Assembly (NCBI RefSeq): GCF_000025505.1
Contig: NC_013849.1
Span: 750,001-782,000, forward strand
DNA from: Ferroglobus placidus DSM 10642
GTDB lineage: Archaea > Halobacteriota > Archaeoglobi > Archaeoglobales > Archaeoglobaceae
Length of the DNA stretch: 32,000 nucleotides
Direction: 5' to 3'
The notes beneath the pieces were generated by a model. The model was not told where the DNA came from. It made no database searches and saw only the letters and a list, made by a program, of their open reading frames with translations. Positions 1 to 7,852 of this stretch are shown here, one piece after another. A program made the translations under genes and the position numbers. The number at the start of each line of letters is the position of its first letter. Within the stretch, counting starts at the first letter, position 1.

Positions 1-155
1 AAAGTTCTTCTTTCTTCTTTTACTTTTCTTATTATTATCACTTCTTTATTTTTATCGTACTCGACCTCCAGTAGATCCCCTATCTTCAATCCCATTTTCT
101 TCCTAACCTCCGCCGGTATAGTAATTTGATAATTTCTCGTAATTTTCACTCTCAT
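1..155 (-). CDS. SpoVT/AbrB (MazE/VapB-like) domain protein, partial, runs off window edge
   Basis: Reverse complement from ATG at 155 reads MRVKITRNYQITIPAEVRKKMGLKIGDLLEVEYDKNKEVIIIRKVKEERRT; matches the swapped-hairpin AbrB pattern (ITIPAEVRKKMGLKxGDLLEVEY). TATA-like tttataag element upstream near 178-186. Confidence 0.85.
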   Translation of the reverse strand, partial: MRVKITRNYQITIPAEVRKKMGLKIGDLLEVEYDKNKEVIIIRKVKEERRT

Positions 156-248
156 ACTACGATTTGAAATATAGTAACTTTATAAGCATTACTATCACTC
201 CGCACGATCGAAAATAACAAGCTTTAGTACAGAAGAAAGTTTAAAATT

Positions 249-1253
249 TTAAATCCTAAAAACCCTCCCAGCTTTGTAAAGTCTGTTCATTATCGCCTTT
301 CCAATTCCCTTCTCCTCAACACCTTGAACGATTATCACGTCGCACTCTTTATCGAGCTCTCTGAGAACTTTGAAAAGATTTTTAGCCATCTCTTCTAAAT
401 TCCTACCAAAATTTTTGTAAATAACGTCATTCCTTTTTTCTTCCAAATTCAAACCAGCAACTCCAACTCTATACCCTTTCTTTACGAAATCTTCGGCAAT
501 TTGCGTAGCTTTTTTTAAAAAATTCTTTCCGACGAGAACTATCGTTTCAGCGTCTGGAGCGTAATGCTTATACTTCATCCCCGGACTTTTAGCCACGCTG
601 AAATCTTCGGCATACTTAACGTCAACGTATTCTTCAAGCTCCTCCTTAGTTATTGCTCCAGGTCTGAGTATTTCTACCGGATAAACGGTCGTGTCAACGA
701 CGGTAGATTCCAAGCCTATCTTCGTCTCGCCACCATCTATAATTACATCTACAAGATTGCCGAGATCCTCAAGCACGTGCTCAGCTTTAGTTGGACTCGG
801 CTTTCCGCTTTTGTTTGCCGATGGAGCAGCAATCGGAGTTTCGCTAAGCTCTATAAGTTTCAAAGCTACCTTGTGATCGGGCATTCTTACAGCCACAGTG
901 TCTAAGCCGGCTGTGGTAATCTTCGGGACTTTCTTATTCTTCATCACGAGAGTTAGCGGACCGGGAAAAAAAGCATCGATAAGCTTTTTCGCAATTTCGT
1001 TTGGTTGAGCAATCTCGTAAATCTGATCAACGCTGCTAACGTGAACTATCAAAGGATTGTCTGCCGGTCTCCCCTTAACTTCGAAAATTTTTCTCACAGC
1101 CTTTTCGTTTAACGCATCAGCCCCGAGCCCGTAAACGGTTTCAGTCGGAAAAGCAACCAAATTACCTTTCTTTATCTCTTCAGCAGCAATTCCGATTTTG
1201 TCATCCTCCGGATTTTCCGGATCGACTTTTATTATCCTCGTCCTTATTTTCAT
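249..1253 (-). CDS. Threonylcarbamoyl-AMP synthase, Sua5/YrdC/YwlC family
   Basis: 334 aa ORF with KGNLVAFPTETVYGLGADA, KGRPADNPLIVHV, SANKSGKPSPT; C-terminal Sua5 extension. 4-nt overlap with upstream elp3. Confidence 0.95.
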   Translation of the reverse strand: MKIRTRIIKVDPENPEDDKIGIAAEEIKKGNLVAFPTETVYGLGADALNEKAVRKIFEVKGRPADNPLIVHVSSVDQIYEIAQPNEIAKKLIDAFFPGPLTLVMKNKKVPKITTAGLDTVAVRMPDHKVALKLIELSETPIAAPSANKSGKPSPTKAEHVLEDLGNLVDVIIDGGETKIGLESTVVDTTVYPVEILRPGAITKEELEEYVDVKYAEDFSVAKSPGMKYKHYAPDAETIVLVGKNFLKKATQIAEDFVKKGYRVGVAGLNLEEKRNDVIYKNFGRNLEEMAKNLFKVLRELDKECDVIIVQGVEEKGIGKAIMNRLYKAGRVFRI

Positions 1254-2824
1254 AGCTTTTTCACCATGTATTCGAACTCCTTTTTATATCCCCTTCTCCT
1301 GTAATACTCCCTCACACCGACCCCGCTTATAACAGCTATTCTGTCGTACTTCTCCTTCGCTATCTCCTCAGCTTGCTTTAAAAGCTTCTCGCCAAAACCC
1401 CTGTGCTGAAAAGCTTCATTTTCTTCTTTACTTATCGGAACAGCCTCTCCGTAAACGTGCAGCTCCCTTATTAAAGCACAGTCTCTCAAAACATCTATAA
1501 ACGGTTCGTCTGGAAATCTCAGCCTTATAAAACCTATTAAGACGTCCTCGCTCGGAATTTCGTATGAAATAAAGAACTCCTTTCCATCAGAAGCCTTATA
1601 CTCTCTCACCACAAGTTCGAAATCCTTTTCTTCAAACTTCTTAAGCTTCAATCCAGCTTCTCTACACCTGATGCATCTGCAAGAATATCCAAGCTCTTTC
1701 AGCCTCTCGTGGACGAGCTGCCTTATGTTCCCCTTGTCTATCCCTATAGAAGCATTGACGGGAATGTCGCGCTGAATTCTCTGAATTCTTACGTATTCGG
1801 GAATGTACTTTTTAGCTTTCGCAATTAACTCAACGACCTCTTCAGTGGTGTAAGGCTCGTATTCTCCTCTCTCGTACATTTCGTAGAGCTTAGTCCCCCT
1901 AACGACTATGGTCGGATAAATTTTCAGGTAATCCGGCTTGAATTTTTCGTCTTGGAAGAGAATCTTGAACATCTTCAAATCCCTCTCGAAACTGCTTCCC
2001 GGCAACCCCGGCATTACGTGGTAGCCAACTTTGAAAGCTGAATCCCTCAAAAGCTTCGTCGCTTCCACAACCTCCCTCACTCCGTGTCCTCTGTTTATTT
2101 TTTCAAGAACGTCGTCGTAAACGCTTTGAACTCCGAGTTCAACCTTCGTCCCTCCGTATCTAAGCATCTCGATTATATGCTCCTCCTTAGAATAATCCGG
2201 ACGAGTTTCAAAGGTCATTCCGACGCATCTCGCCTTAGCTTTTTCGTTTTTCAGCTTCGCTTCTTCAACAGTCTTAGAAAGATCGAGTTCATCCTCAAAG
2301 CTGTTCAAAGCTCTGTATATTCCGAGGATAAAGCTGTCTCTGTACTCTTTCTCTCTCGCTATAAAAGTTCCTCCCATGACTATTACCTCAACCTTGTCTA
2401 CAGCGTGTCCGATAGCTTTCAATTCTTTGAGCCTCGCAGAAACTTGCTTGAAAGGGTCGTAGTTGAATTGCTTTCCTCTCTGAGCTGCTGGCTCTAAGCC
2501 GATGTAGCTCTGAGGTGTGTTGAACTCAACTCCCCCCGGGCAAGGGACGCATTTGCCGTGGGGGCATATAGCTGGGGAACTCATAACGCTAACCACAGCT
2601 ACTCCGCTCAGAGTTCTTACGGGCTTAACTTTCAGAATTCTTCTCAGCTTTTCGTAACCCTCCAAATTTTCGGAGAACTTTAAGATGTCCGCATCGCTCG
2701 GAAACCTATCGAGCTTAAACTTCTTCGCAAACTCCCTCTTTATTCTGCCGACTACCCTTTTATCTTCAACTCCCCTCCTCAGAATTTCCTTGGCTATTTC
2801 TACGCACGCCGTTCTGTAGTCCAT
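1250..2824 (-). CDS. elp3: Elp3-family radical SAM/GNAT tRNA uridine-34 modification enzyme
   Basis: CPHGKCVPCPGGVEFNTPQSYIGLEPAAQRG, GMTFETRPDY, ELGVQSVYDDVL and C-terminal GNAT domain (HRGFGEKLLKQAEEIA). Likely start is the internal Met at 2824, MDYRTACVEIAKEI. Confidence 0.95.
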   Translation of the reverse strand: MDYRTACVEIAKEILRRGVEDKRVVGRIKREFAKKFKLDRFPSDADILKFSENLEGYEKLRRILKVKPVRTLSGVAVVSVMSSPAICPHGKCVPCPGGVEFNTPQSYIGLEPAAQRGKQFNYDPFKQVSARLKELKAIGHAVDKVEVIVMGGTFIAREKEYRDSFILGIYRALNSFEDELDLSKTVEEAKLKNEKAKARCVGMTFETRPDYSKEEHIIEMLRYGGTKVELGVQSVYDDVLEKINRGHGVREVVEATKLLRDSAFKVGYHVMPGLPGSSFERDLKMFKILFQDEKFKPDYLKIYPTIVVRGTKLYEMYERGEYEPYTTEEVVELIAKAKKYIPEYVRIQRIQRDIPVNASIGIDKGNIRQLVHERLKELGYSCRCIRCREAGLKLKKFEEKDFELVVREYKASDGKEFFISYEIPSEDVLIGFIRLRFPDEPFIDVLRDCALIRELHVYGEAVPISKEENEAFQHRGFGEKLLKQAEEIAKEKYDRIAVISGVGVREYYRRRGYKKEFEYMVKKL

Positions 2825-3873
2825 CCTTTGGAAGTGGTAGTTTCTGAATTTAAAACTTTTATCTCGAAAATCCTTCTTAAGCATTCCGCATTACCGAGGA
2901 CAGCTATTAGAATTAAAGAAGCTGCGAGCTGGTTAAAGATTGAGCCGAGAAAAATTATGAAAAGTCTGACGTCTCTCGTTATGGGAATTCCTTTAGATTT
3001 GTAAGTGGTTTTGTAAGCTGCAACGAACTTATCCCCAGTGTAGGCGATCATTAAAGCCGCGAAAGCCGCGAGAAATCCGAGGATCCAGTAAGATTGGTTG
3101 AGCTGAGAAAGAGAGAACGTTATCGAAAAGATGATTACGAAGTCAGCGTATCTGTCGAGAACCCCGTCAAGCCACGCTCCGTAACTCGACTCCATAAACT
3201 TCAGCCTCGCAATCTCTCCGTCGCTGCAGTCTAAGATGTTGTGAATCTGAACGATTATCCCTGCTACCAAAGTCGCTAAGTAGTTGTTGATCAGGTAAAG
3301 CATCGCAGCAACAAGAGATAGTAAAAATGAAAATACGGTAATTTGGTTGGGGGTAACGTTTTTGCCTGCAAGAAACTTCGAGATTCTCAGCGAAATTTTT
3401 CTGTTTACAACCCTCGCAATTACTCCGTCGTAGTAAGCGGGCTTCAATCCTGTTTTTTCTGATTTTACGAGGGACTCGAGAAGGAGCTTTTCAGCTTTTT
3501 TGAGATTTTCTTCGGAAACTTTTACCGCCCAAACTTCTTGCTTTTCAATACTGTTCATCGAAATATACCTCTCGATAGCCGAAAGAAGATCTCCCGAGAA
3601 AAAGTTTCTGAAATCGCCTTCGAATAGGTAGCCGAAAAGGGAGTTATCGGAAATAAGAGCTTTTTTACCCTCCAAACGAAGGTCTCTTTCGAGTATCAAA
3701 ACGGGTTCCAAAATGAAAAGGTAACTTTCAGCTTCCCTAAGCGTTAAACCATCGTTAAAAAATTCTACAACGAATCCTGCTCTCTCTAAAGTTTTTTTAA
3801 TCCTCTCTCTGAGGGTTAATCCGAGGAGTTTGTTGTCGTAAACTTTGCTATCCTTAATCAGAGCGACCTTCAT
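2800..3873 (-). CDS. CDP-alcohol phosphatidyltransferase with N-terminal degenerate nucleotidyltransferase-like region (IPCT-DIPPS-like architecture)
   Basis: CDP-AP motif DCSDGEIARLKFMESSYGAWLDGVLDRYAD; KISLRISKFLAGKNVTPNQITVFSF; multiple TM segments. Likely start MKVALIKDSK at 3873 (ORF opens at 3909). Confidence 0.8.
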   Translation of the reverse strand: MKVALIKDSKVYDNKLLGLTLRERIKKTLERAGFVVEFFNDGLTLREAESYLFILEPVLILERDLRLEGKKALISDNSLFGYLFEGDFRNFFSGDLLSAIERYISMNSIEKQEVWAVKVSEENLKKAEKLLLESLVKSEKTGLKPAYYDGVIARVVNRKISLRISKFLAGKNVTPNQITVFSFLLSLVAAMLYLINNYLATLVAGIIVQIHNILDCSDGEIARLKFMESSYGAWLDGVLDRYADFVIIFSITFSLSQLNQSYWILGFLAAFAALMIAYTGDKFVAAYKTTYKSKGIPITRDVRLFIIFLGSIFNQLAASLILIAVLGNAECLRRIFEIKVLNSETTTSKGWTTERRA

Positions 3874-4822
3874 ATCTAACCCTCGGCACTCTTTTCCTCT
3901 TGACGCCAATTAAAGCGTGGGAGAGAATCGGGAGAGCTATGGTGGCGTCGCAGTTTACCTGAACTTTCCTCGCTTTTCTGTTTATCTTCCCCCAGCTTAC
4001 GCCTTCCTCGAAAGTGCAACCGCTCAAACCTCCGAATTGTGGGGTGTCGGTGGTTATTTGAATGGCATATTCGTGCCCTCTAACTTCGTAACCCTTCAGT
4101 CTCGCAACAATTTCCGCCTGCTGAATGAAATTCTTCGGGACGCCGCCTCCGATAAAGATCACTCCAGTTTTTTTGGAATTAACCACTATCTCGGTAAGCT
4201 CCTCAACATCTTTCATAGTATCGACGACGACTTTTCTACTCGCTATGGAGGAAGCTATCCCTATTGAGCTGTCAGCTATAGCCGGGCAGAAAATCGGTAC
4301 GTCGCTTTCGTAAGCCGATACCAATATGGAATCTCTGTCTTTAACTTCGAGTCTTTTTGCTATCTCTTCAAGAAACTGTCTCGACGACATTATCCCTTCA
4401 ATTCCGGAAATTATGTTCGCGAGTACGTAATCGACCCTGTTAAACTCCTCTTCGTAGGCAAAAACGTTGTATATTCTATCAATACCCTTCTTAAAAAGCT
4501 CGTAATCGTCAACTATCTCGCTTCCAAGGTAGTGCTTGAACCCCAGAGCTTCATGAATGTCGTGAAATATGTTCGCCCCGGTTGAGACGAGAACGTCGAT
4601 ATACCTATTTCTTATCAACCAGGAGATTATCTTTCTCATTCCAGCTGGAACCATCGCACCGCTTAAGCCCATAAAAATGGTAATTTCGTCCTCTTTCAGC
4701 ATCTCAAGCCAGATTTCGAAAGCTTCTCCTAACTTTCTCCCCTGAAATCCGGTCTTAGCCATCGCTAAAAGTAGTTCGGAAATTTTCTTTTCCGCCACTT
4801 CTATAGGTTCCACCGGCTTCAT
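3854..4822 (-). CDS. dys: Deoxyhypusine synthase
   Basis: 322 aa ORF with MGLSGAMVPAGMRKIISWLIRNRYIDVLVSTGANIFHD, GVIFIGGGVPKNFIQQ and SGCTFEEGVSWGKI. Confidence 0.95.
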   Translation of the reverse strand: MKPVEPIEVAEKKISELLLAMAKTGFQGRKLGEAFEIWLEMLKEDEITIFMGLSGAMVPAGMRKIISWLIRNRYIDVLVSTGANIFHDIHEALGFKHYLGSEIVDDYELFKKGIDRIYNVFAYEEEFNRVDYVLANIISGIEGIMSSRQFLEEIAKRLEVKDRDSILVSAYESDVPIFCPAIADSSIGIASSIASRKVVVDTMKDVEELTEIVVNSKKTGVIFIGGGVPKNFIQQAEIVARLKGYEVRGHEYAIQITTDTPQFGGLSGCTFEEGVSWGKINRKARKVQVNCDATIALPILSHALIGVKRKRVPRVRYEGRSD

Positions 4823-5379
4823 AAAACGAACACCGCCGCTGCCACAACCGTCGTAAACTCTTCGACCTCAGCTTCAGCGGTAATGCTGAAAGTTCTAGCC
4901 GGCTCGATTCCGAAAGCCGTTCTAAGCATGTAAGCTGCATTCTCTTCAGCAATCTTCCCAGCATTTTCTCCGTTGCAGTACCCGTGGTATTCGGTTAAGT
5001 AGCCGTTTAAACTCGGATCCGGAGGAATTGCTGCCCCAACACTTGCAAAAATTCTTTCTCCTTTTTTATTGCTCGTCATCCTCGACATCACGCAGAAAAC
5101 GATTTGTCCGGGAAAAAGCTCTCTGAGACCATCTTCGATACCGATTATCTCGCAGCTCGGCGGAAATATGCTGCTAACCGTGACGAGATTGAACTTCTCT
5201 ATCCTCGCATCTCTCAAAGCGAGTTCAAAGCTTACAAGCGCATCTTCATGCTTTCCAACGCCGGTAGTGAAAAACACTTTTCTCGGAATCAACTTCGTTG
5301 CCGAAAGTGGATAAGAACCGCTCTTTTGCTCTGGAACTCGCCTAAACCCAGCTAATTCTCCTTTTACTGCCTCAAACAT
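4819..5379 (-). CDS. pdaD: Pyruvoyl-dependent arginine decarboxylase
   Basis: IPRKVFFTTGVGKHEDALVSFELALRDA and the self-cleavage context NLVTVSSIFPPSC; ends GYCNGENAGKIAEENAAYML...EEFTTVVAAAVFVL. Confidence 0.93.
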   Translation of the reverse strand: MFEAVKGELAGFRRVPEQKSGSYPLSATKLIPRKVFFTTGVGKHEDALVSFELALRDARIEKFNLVTVSSIFPPSCEIIGIEDGLRELFPGQIVFCVMSRMTSNKKGERIFASVGAAIPPDPSLNGYLTEYHGYCNGENAGKIAEENAAYMLRTAFGIEPARTFSITAEAEVEEFTTVVAAAVFVL

Positions 5380-5642
5380 CCTCTCGCACCTTGCAATTAG
5401 TTTTAGTTAGGGTATTTAAGCATTACTCCTACTAAAATAGGCTAAACGATTTTAGATTAATTATTAGCAAAGATCGAGCAAATCGGAATTGGGTGGAATA
5501 ATATAAACTCGGAAAATTAAAATTCGAAATAAAAATTTTTATTAGAAGATAATTAATAAAAATGAAATTCATAAAACAAATATTGTCAAACCTTAATAAA
5601 ATTACTCGCAACCTTTTTAATTCTTGGAGCAGTTTGCCGAGC

Positions 5643-6881
5643 ATGAAATACGAAAAGGTAAAGCCGCCGGAGGAAGGGGAGAGAATAGAGTACAAAGACG
5701 GAAAGCTCATAGTTCCCGATAATCCGATAATACCCTACTTCGAGGGAGACGGAATTGGGAAAGACGTAGTTCCCGCTGCGTTAAAAGTTTTGGATGCTGC
5801 TGCCGAGAAAATTGGAAAGGAAGTTGTGTGGTTTAAAGTTTACGCCGGAGAGGATGCCTACAAGCTTTACGGAACTTACCTTCCCGAAGATACGCTAAAC
5901 GCGATAAGGGAATTTAGAGTCGCTCTAAAAGGTCCGCTAACAACTCCAGTTGGAGGAGGTTATAGAAGTTTGAACGTCACGATAAGGCAAACCCTCGACC
6001 TCTACGCAAATGTCAGGCCGGTGTTTTACATCAAAGGCGTTCCGAGCCCGCTGAAAAATCCGGAAGTCGTTGATCTCGTGATATTCAGAGAAAACACCGA
6101 AGACGTTTACGCCGGAATAGAGTGGCCTAAGGGAAGTGAGGAAGCGAAAAAAGTGATAAAGTTCTTGGCTGAAGAATTCGGAATTCGCATAAGAGAGGAT
6201 TCGGGCATCGGCTTGAAGCCGATAAGCGAATTCGCCACGAAAAGGCTCGTTAGGTTAGCTATAAAATACGCGATAGAAAACAACAGGAGGAGCGTTACTC
6301 TCGTTCACAAGGGGAACATAATGAAGTACACCGAAGGAGCCTTCAGAGACTGGGGGTACGAGGTGGCTAAGGAGGAGTTCGGAGACAAAGTTATTACAGA
6401 GGAGGAGCTCTGGAACAACTACAACGGAGAGCTGCCGAAGGGAAAGATTCTGATAAATGATAGAATAGCCGACAACATGTTCCAGCAGATCCTTACGAGA
6501 ACCGCAGAATACGACGTGCTTGCTATGCCAAACCTGAACGGCGACTACATGAGCGATGCAGCTGCAGCTTTAGTTGGAGGACTCGGAATCGCTCCGGGAA
6601 GCAACATAGGAGACGGAATGGGAGTCTTTGAACCAGTTCACGGCTCAGCTCCGAAATACGCTGGACAGAACAAAGCGAATCCAACAGCCGAAATTTTGAG
6701 CGGAGCTTTGATGTTCGAATACATAGGCTGGAAGAAAGCTTCCGAGCTTATTAAGAAAGCTCTCGAAATGACGATTTCACAAGGTATAGTCACCTACGAC
6801 ATCCATCGCCACGTCGGTGGAAAGCTTGTAGGAACGAGAGAGTTTGCAGAGGCTGTGGTTGAGAATTTGCAGTCCATCTAA
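5643..6881 (+). CDS. icd: NADP-type isocitrate dehydrogenase
   Basis: [87 protein letters not shown]. The listed ORF opens at 5562; family-like N-terminus [13 protein letters not shown] starts at 5643. Confidence 0.95.
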   Translation: MKYEKVKPPEEGERIEYKDGKLIVPDNPIIPYFEGDGIGKDVVPAALKVLDAAAEKIGKEVVWFKVYAGEDAYKLYGTYLPEDTLNAIREFRVALKGPLTTPVGGGYRSLNVTIRQTLDLYANVRPVFYIKGVPSPLKNPEVVDLVIFRENTEDVYAGIEWPKGSEEAKKVIKFLAEEFGIRIREDSGIGLKPISEFATKRLVRLAIKYAIENNRRSVTLVHKGNIMKYTEGAFRDWGYEVAKEEFGDKVITEEELWNNYNGELPKGKILINDRIADNMFQQILTRTAEYDVLAMPNLNGDYMSDAAAALVGGLGIAPGSNIGDGMGVFEPVHGSAPKYAGQNKANPTAEILSGALMFEYIGWKKASELIKKALEMTISQGIVTYDIHRHVGGKLVGTREFAEAVVENLQSI

Positions 6882-6923
6882 CCACAACTCTTAAAAACAC
6901 ATATGTTTTAAAGCTTTCCAGCA

Positions 6924-6998
6924 GCCCGGGTGGTGTAGCCAGGCCTAACATGCGGGCCTGTCGAGCCCGCGCCTCGGGTTCAAATCCCGACCCGGGCG
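6924..6998 (+). tRNA. tRNA-Asp (anticodon GTC)
   Basis: Manual cloverleaf: acceptor GCCCGGG/CCCGGGC, D stem GTGT/ACAT, anticodon stem CGGGC/GCCCG with loop CTGTCGA, T arm TCGGG-TTCAAAT-CCCGA, discriminator G. Confidence 0.95.
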
Positions 6999-7435
6999 TA
7001 AAGGAAAAAGTTAAACGCACGAAAGCGGAGAGCTCGGTATCAAACTTACAGCCCTTAAATACTTTTTTTGATAAAAAGGTATACGTGAAGCAAAAGGTCG
7101 ACATGGAAAAATGGAGGAGAATAATCTTTATTGAGGTAAAGTCCATAAGGCTGATTGTGAGTAATAAGGAAAAAATAATAAAGGAGGAATTAAGCAAGAT
7201 TAAATAAGATGAAATACAAGAGGGGGGTTGGCAGTTAGGGAGTTTTGCCATTTTTATTAGTTTATAAGGTCGGGGGAATCCAAAAATTGAGATTCTACTT
7301 CTTAAAATTCGATTTAACCGATAGGCTCGGGTGCCCGAAACTCCTCATCACCAACTATCGAGCATCGAGGGAATGGTTTGAAATCACTATTGGGCCTGAG
7401 GATGGGAGAATGAGTTAAGTGTGGAAGTCTGACCG

Positions 7436-7852
7436 ATGGAGGATGAGAAGAAGAAAATTCTTGGAATAGAGCCAGAAGAGTATTTTACGGGTGAGGACTG
7501 GATAAGGGCTGGACGAAGGCGTTACATGCTTCTGAACATCATTTACTACCTTCAGCACTTTGCAGGAAAAGAGGATGGAGTTAGTATTAGCGAGATTTCA
7601 GAGTTTCTTGAAGTTCTTCAAACTGTTGACAGAGAAATCTACTCCAGCATCGTGAAACCCGGAATAGCTGTGGAATCGACTTTAAGTGAGCTTCTGAATA
7701 AAGGATTGATCATTGATAGGTCAGAAGGAAAATTTTCCATAAATGTGGAAAAGGTTAAGTCGGAAAAAGATTTGATTTACTGGGGAAGTGTGAAAAGAGT
7801 ATTTGACAAGGTTAATGAAATAATGAGTTTTGGAGGTTATAGAAATGAATAA
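7436..7852 (+). CDS. Uncharacterised 138-aa protein upstream of and overlapping the mcrB-like gene, possible winged-helix fold
   Basis: [48 protein letters not shown]...; [23 protein letters not shown] resembles a wHTH wing. Stop overlaps the mcrB start by 8 nt. Confidence 0.7.
   Translation: MEDEKKKILGIEPEEYFTGEDWIRAGRRRYMLLNIIYYLQHFAGKEDGVSISEISEFLEVLQTVDREIYSSIVKPGIAVESTLSELLNKGLIIDRSEGKFSINVEKVKSEKDLIYWGSVKRVFDKVNEIMSFGGYRNE

Noticed and set aside
6950-7207. 85-aa plus-strand ORF across the 3' half of tRNA-Asp
   Set aside because: Begins inside the tRNA and the first part translates tRNA sequence; the short downstream part (MEKWRRIIFIEVKSIRLIV...) has no recognisable homology, so not called.
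7200-7435. C/D box sRNA based on ctga and atgag-like boxes
   Set aside because: No proper RUGAUGA...CUGA spacing with internal C'/D' boxes could be built.
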